A stretch of DNA of 64,000 nucleotides from Cirrosporium novae-zelandiae (taxonomy: Eukaryota). The DNA lies in NCBI GenBank assembly GCA_026023565.1, contig JAPETS010000024.1, positions 310,001 through 374,000 on the forward strand, written 5' to 3'. Both the position numbers and the translations under genes were made by a program. Shown one piece after another: positions 60,512 to 64,000 of the stretch (its first letter is position 1; each line of letters opens with the position of its first letter). Below the pieces are notes generated by a model. That model was not told the DNA's origin. It saw nothing but the letters and a program-made list of their open reading frames with translations, and searched no databases.

Positions 60512-63310
60512 TCAATAACAAAACATCAATTTGTAAGCCAAAACGCGACTCCCCAATCGATCATACTCCACCCAACCGATCCACCCATCATTAGTCGATT
60601 CCAGTTTCCCAAACACGCTCGCACCCTTCCAAACCACGACTTGAGGATCCAACTCCCTTGGCGGCACGCCCACCATGATATCCTTGGCATATTCTGACCG
60701 GATCGACTTAAGGCGGTCCTCGAGTGTGGATGCGAGATTTGGGGTCAAGGAGCCGCCGCCAACGAGCATGATTCCACCGAAGAAATCGCGGGCGCGTCGG
60801 TCCTCTTGATGTGTGGCGGTGAAGATGGATGTGCAGATTGCATGATCCAGGGGCGCAAGGGGTAGAACCCAGGAGTCCGATTCTGGGGGGAGCTGGGAAT
60901 TTGGGGTTGGGAGGCCATCTGTGAAGGCGGGGGTGCCAGCTGTGGTTGTTTCGTCGCCGCCGGGGACGGGGGAGCTGGTTAAGGAGCGTGGGACGGATTC
61001 TGGGGCGGAGAGGTGGTGAGGAAAAGTGGACTTGAGGGTGGTGGTTGAATCGGAAATTTGTGCCATCAACGAAGATTCATGGATGGGGGGTTCTGGCTGT
61101 GGGAATAGTTGTGCGCTGGCTTTCATTATTGCAATTTGGGCTAGCGAGACCGGGTCGTTGGGGGTGTTGTCGTAAAGGTCGTGGGAGCGGTCGATGAGTC
61201 TACGGCGATCGATGAGCTTGCCTTCGTGGTTGAAAATGGACGGCTGGAAGTAGCCAAGGGGAGCTAGGTACGGCTCGTCGTAGGTTTTGAAGGTGTATTT
61301 ACGAGTGTCTTGGCCGGGGGCGCGGAGATGAAAGTCAACGAGCTGGACGCTGACAGAGGACTCTTGCAGGCTACATGTTTTGATCTTTAGTTCTTCGGCG
61401 AGGACAGCGTCATAGCGGCGTCGGAGGTTGATGTCTGCGTATGGAAAGTGGTCGTAAAGCATCATTCGTATGAATGCATCTGTGACGTCACTACCTCCTG
61501 TTTTGATGTTGACGCGAGAGGACTCTATGCACATGCCATCCTCAACGCAGCAGATGGATGTCTTCTGTGCACCAATGTCGACGATACAGGTCAACGTATA
61601 TCCGGCACCAAAGGATGCTGCAAGGCTCTCTTGGATGAAGCAGCATTTGTTGAAGCCGAGATCTTTGATCAGCATGTCCAGAAAGTAGCATACATAGTTT
61701 TTCTCGTAGAGGTCTGGGATTACGAAGACGCAGCGGTATTGTCCAAGTTCAGTCCTTGTCTTGAGACCAAGTTGAGTCTTGATGGCTTCATGAATGATTA
61801 CACAAACATCCTCAAGTAGAAGTGTTTTGCTCTTGTAATCGTGTTCGTTGTACCAGCCATGGCGAATTGGCCAGAAGAGCTTGTACCTTGGCTTGGAGAA
61901 GTCTGGAATCCTCAGGGCATCCTTTCCGCAAACATAGTCAGGTGCAGCCTTTGGATTGGAAGGAATCTCGGTCCAGTCGATACGTAAAGGGTCGTTGTGC
62001 TCAGGAATAATCTCAGGGTCACTCTTGCGGTTATAGTTGACGACCAGTTCTTTGGAGTTTGGAAGTAAGCGGCGCTTGTTATTACGCATTTGCAATTTGA
62101 GGTTGGCGGTCATTTGAGTGTACTCTTTGCCAAACTAATAACCATAGGTCAGGATAGGACAGCATAGAAGCAAGAAGGATACTTACCTCTTCTCCAAAAG
62201 CCTTTTCAGGTACAAGCTCTTCCCCATCTTCCGTTCTAAGACGCTTAGGTTTTGGCTCAGCTCCATCTTCTTCCGCCTCGCTTTCCTTCCACTTTCTAGC
62301 AATAACCATAGGAACAGTCTTTGGTAGCGCATCGCTCCCAAATCCAATACGTAAATTCTGACTGCCCACGTGAATGACAATGGTCTTTGAACCTGCGGTT
62401 TCAGCATTCTCCTCGGGAGAGGCATCAGTATCCATTTCCAATTCACTCTCGATAGGTTGAGCCATAGCAAGCTCACGATCACGGTCCCTGGCCTTTTTGG
62501 CCATCTCGTTGCGATGCTCCTCATTTTGAAGTCTGAGGGCGAGAAGTTGATCGTCGCGTTTTAGGTACTCGCTGATATGACCGTTAGCAAGTGAAGTTGT
62601 CGTTTCCAACAAGTTGCATATTTTGGATATAGTTTTGTTGGTGGTGGTAAAGCCGAATAGAAAGAGAGCCTGGAGGTGTAATAGCGTTGATATAATACAT
62701 AGGGATTGTAAAGTTGATCTATAATTATGTATACAATCGACGTCTCAAAATAGAACACGAGTATACCAAAGTTCACTGTAGTTCCATTGATAATCTCAAC
62801 ATGCCTCAAAGAGTCCATGTAAGCTTTCGAGGCAACTCTCCAACTGAGGACGCCGCGACAAAGGCCAAGGCGAACAAACAACAAGACGACAACTAAGCAA
62901 AAAAAAAGGAACTAATGAAGGATGGCATAGAGGAAAACAGGCCAAGGCGGTGAAAACACTTAAATATCAAGCCCAATAACAAGGAGAAAGTTCACATACG
63001 TATAGTAGTTTTTCTGATTGATCATGCTAACCTGGGGCCAGGAAGTGAGCTCCATATTGTTGTCAGTCCTAGCTAGGCCTTCATGTTTATCATTAGTATT
63101 GGTATTAACATCTCAGCATCAGCATCATAATCATCAACAGTACTATAACCATAACCCATGTTGATTAGGACTTTTCTTTATACCCCTCCTTTTGTAGCTG
63201 AGAGCAAAGCTTGAGAGAGAAACTTGAAAGGGGGGGGGAGGGGAATCATAGCTGGTGTTGGACTTACCCTCCTCCCGAAGGAGTGCCTTCCCAGATTTCT
63301 TTCCTACCAT
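60512..63310 (-). CDS. ARP8: Actin-related protein 8 (INO80 complex)
   Basis: MVGKKSGKALLREEG|LARTDNNMELTSWPQVSMINQKNYYT|EYLKRDDQ, IVIHVGSQNLRIG, IQESLAASFGAG, VDIGAQKT and PPRELDPQVVVWKGASV. Three introns. Confidence 0.96.
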
Positions 63311-63544
63311 TGTGACTTGACTTGTCCAGCGTTTATATCGGTGCTGGTTTTCTATCCAGATTTCAGCAAAAAATCAGTCACTCCTCCTTCTAAGTTGAAG
63401 TAGTCAAACCCTCGTGTCTGAATAATTAACAAAACAAAATGGTAGGTTGTTTTGGGCTACCCTATCACTAGATATAACATAGACCAGACAAGGATACAAC
63501 GCACGGGCCATTGAATGCCCTGAAACCTGAAAGGCATTAACGTA

Positions 63545-63744
63545 CAGTACCTAATTAATTACTCACCAACCGGGAGTTAGTCACCTATCAAAAATTTACT
63601 TCCTGTATTTATAAATTATAATAATTGATGAAATAAATAATACGGAAAATATATTTTTTGGCAAGTAACCAACTCCCGGTCGATGACCAACTTTAGGTCA
63701 GTTACGTTACTCAGTAATTAATTACGACAGTTCCGTAATTACTG
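63545..63744. mobile_element. Degenerate MITE, family B (TA|CAGT..ACTG|TA ends)
   Basis: Paired inverted arms TAATTAATTACT/AGTAATTAATTA, ACCGGGAGTT (63569)/AACTCCCGGT (63671) and AAAAAT..TATTTA/TAAATA..ATTTTT. TA flanks on both sides. Confidence 0.65.
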
Positions 63745-64000
63745 TAATGAATTATTTCCTGAACGAACAAAGCCGCAGGGATCCAAATCCAACCAACAGC
63801 GAGCCATCGGCTCTTTTCTACCGTATCGTCATCAACTTTATCAAAGAGCCTCTGTTTTCGGAGGTTCCAAACCACCACTACCACCACTGACTATCACATT
63901 CCGAAACCCACCCACTCCAAGCCGACCGAGCTACGTTAACTCTCTTCCGTCCAAATTATTTTTTTCGTCCAATAAATCCAAAGTTCACAAGTGCTGCCCC

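Overview
This is a gene-dense stretch of a filamentous ascomycete (Pezizomycotina-like) nuclear genome, with short GT-AG introns carrying CTAAC/CTAAT branch points and microsatellite-rich intergenic DNA. It holds about 23 protein genes or gene remnants. In order: an Sfl1-like HSF factor, a BTB protein, a DUF3245-like protein, succinyl-CoA ligase beta, an intronless Zn-macrodomain/SirTM fusion, a Slk19-domain coiled-coil protein, an M43 metalloprotease broken by two in-frame TAG stops, a candidate 60-aa microprotein, a Ser/Thr-rich membrane protein, Rictor, uricase, mitoribosomal uL13, Ccs1, an N-anchored multicopper oxidase, a PhoA-like acid phosphatase, flavocytochrome b2, a metallophosphoesterase, Sky1 kinase, an AMID/FSP1-like oxidoreductase, two tandem paralogous atypical zinc-finger genes, a Geobacillus/Staphylococcus-type lipase, a SnoaL-like protein and Arp8. 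There are three MITE-like elements, two of them from one family. No tRNA, rRNA or CRISPR array was found. I did not find a clearly new multi-gene system. The best leads are: the ADP-ribosylation writer/eraser fusion (a known family with an unclear fungal target); the FSP1-like gene under a pair of perfect SreA-type iron boxes; the tandem zinc-finger pair; the microprotein; a possible structured RNA in an Arp8 intron; and a uricase that has lost its PTS1. All calls come from reading motifs by eye, and no database searches were run.
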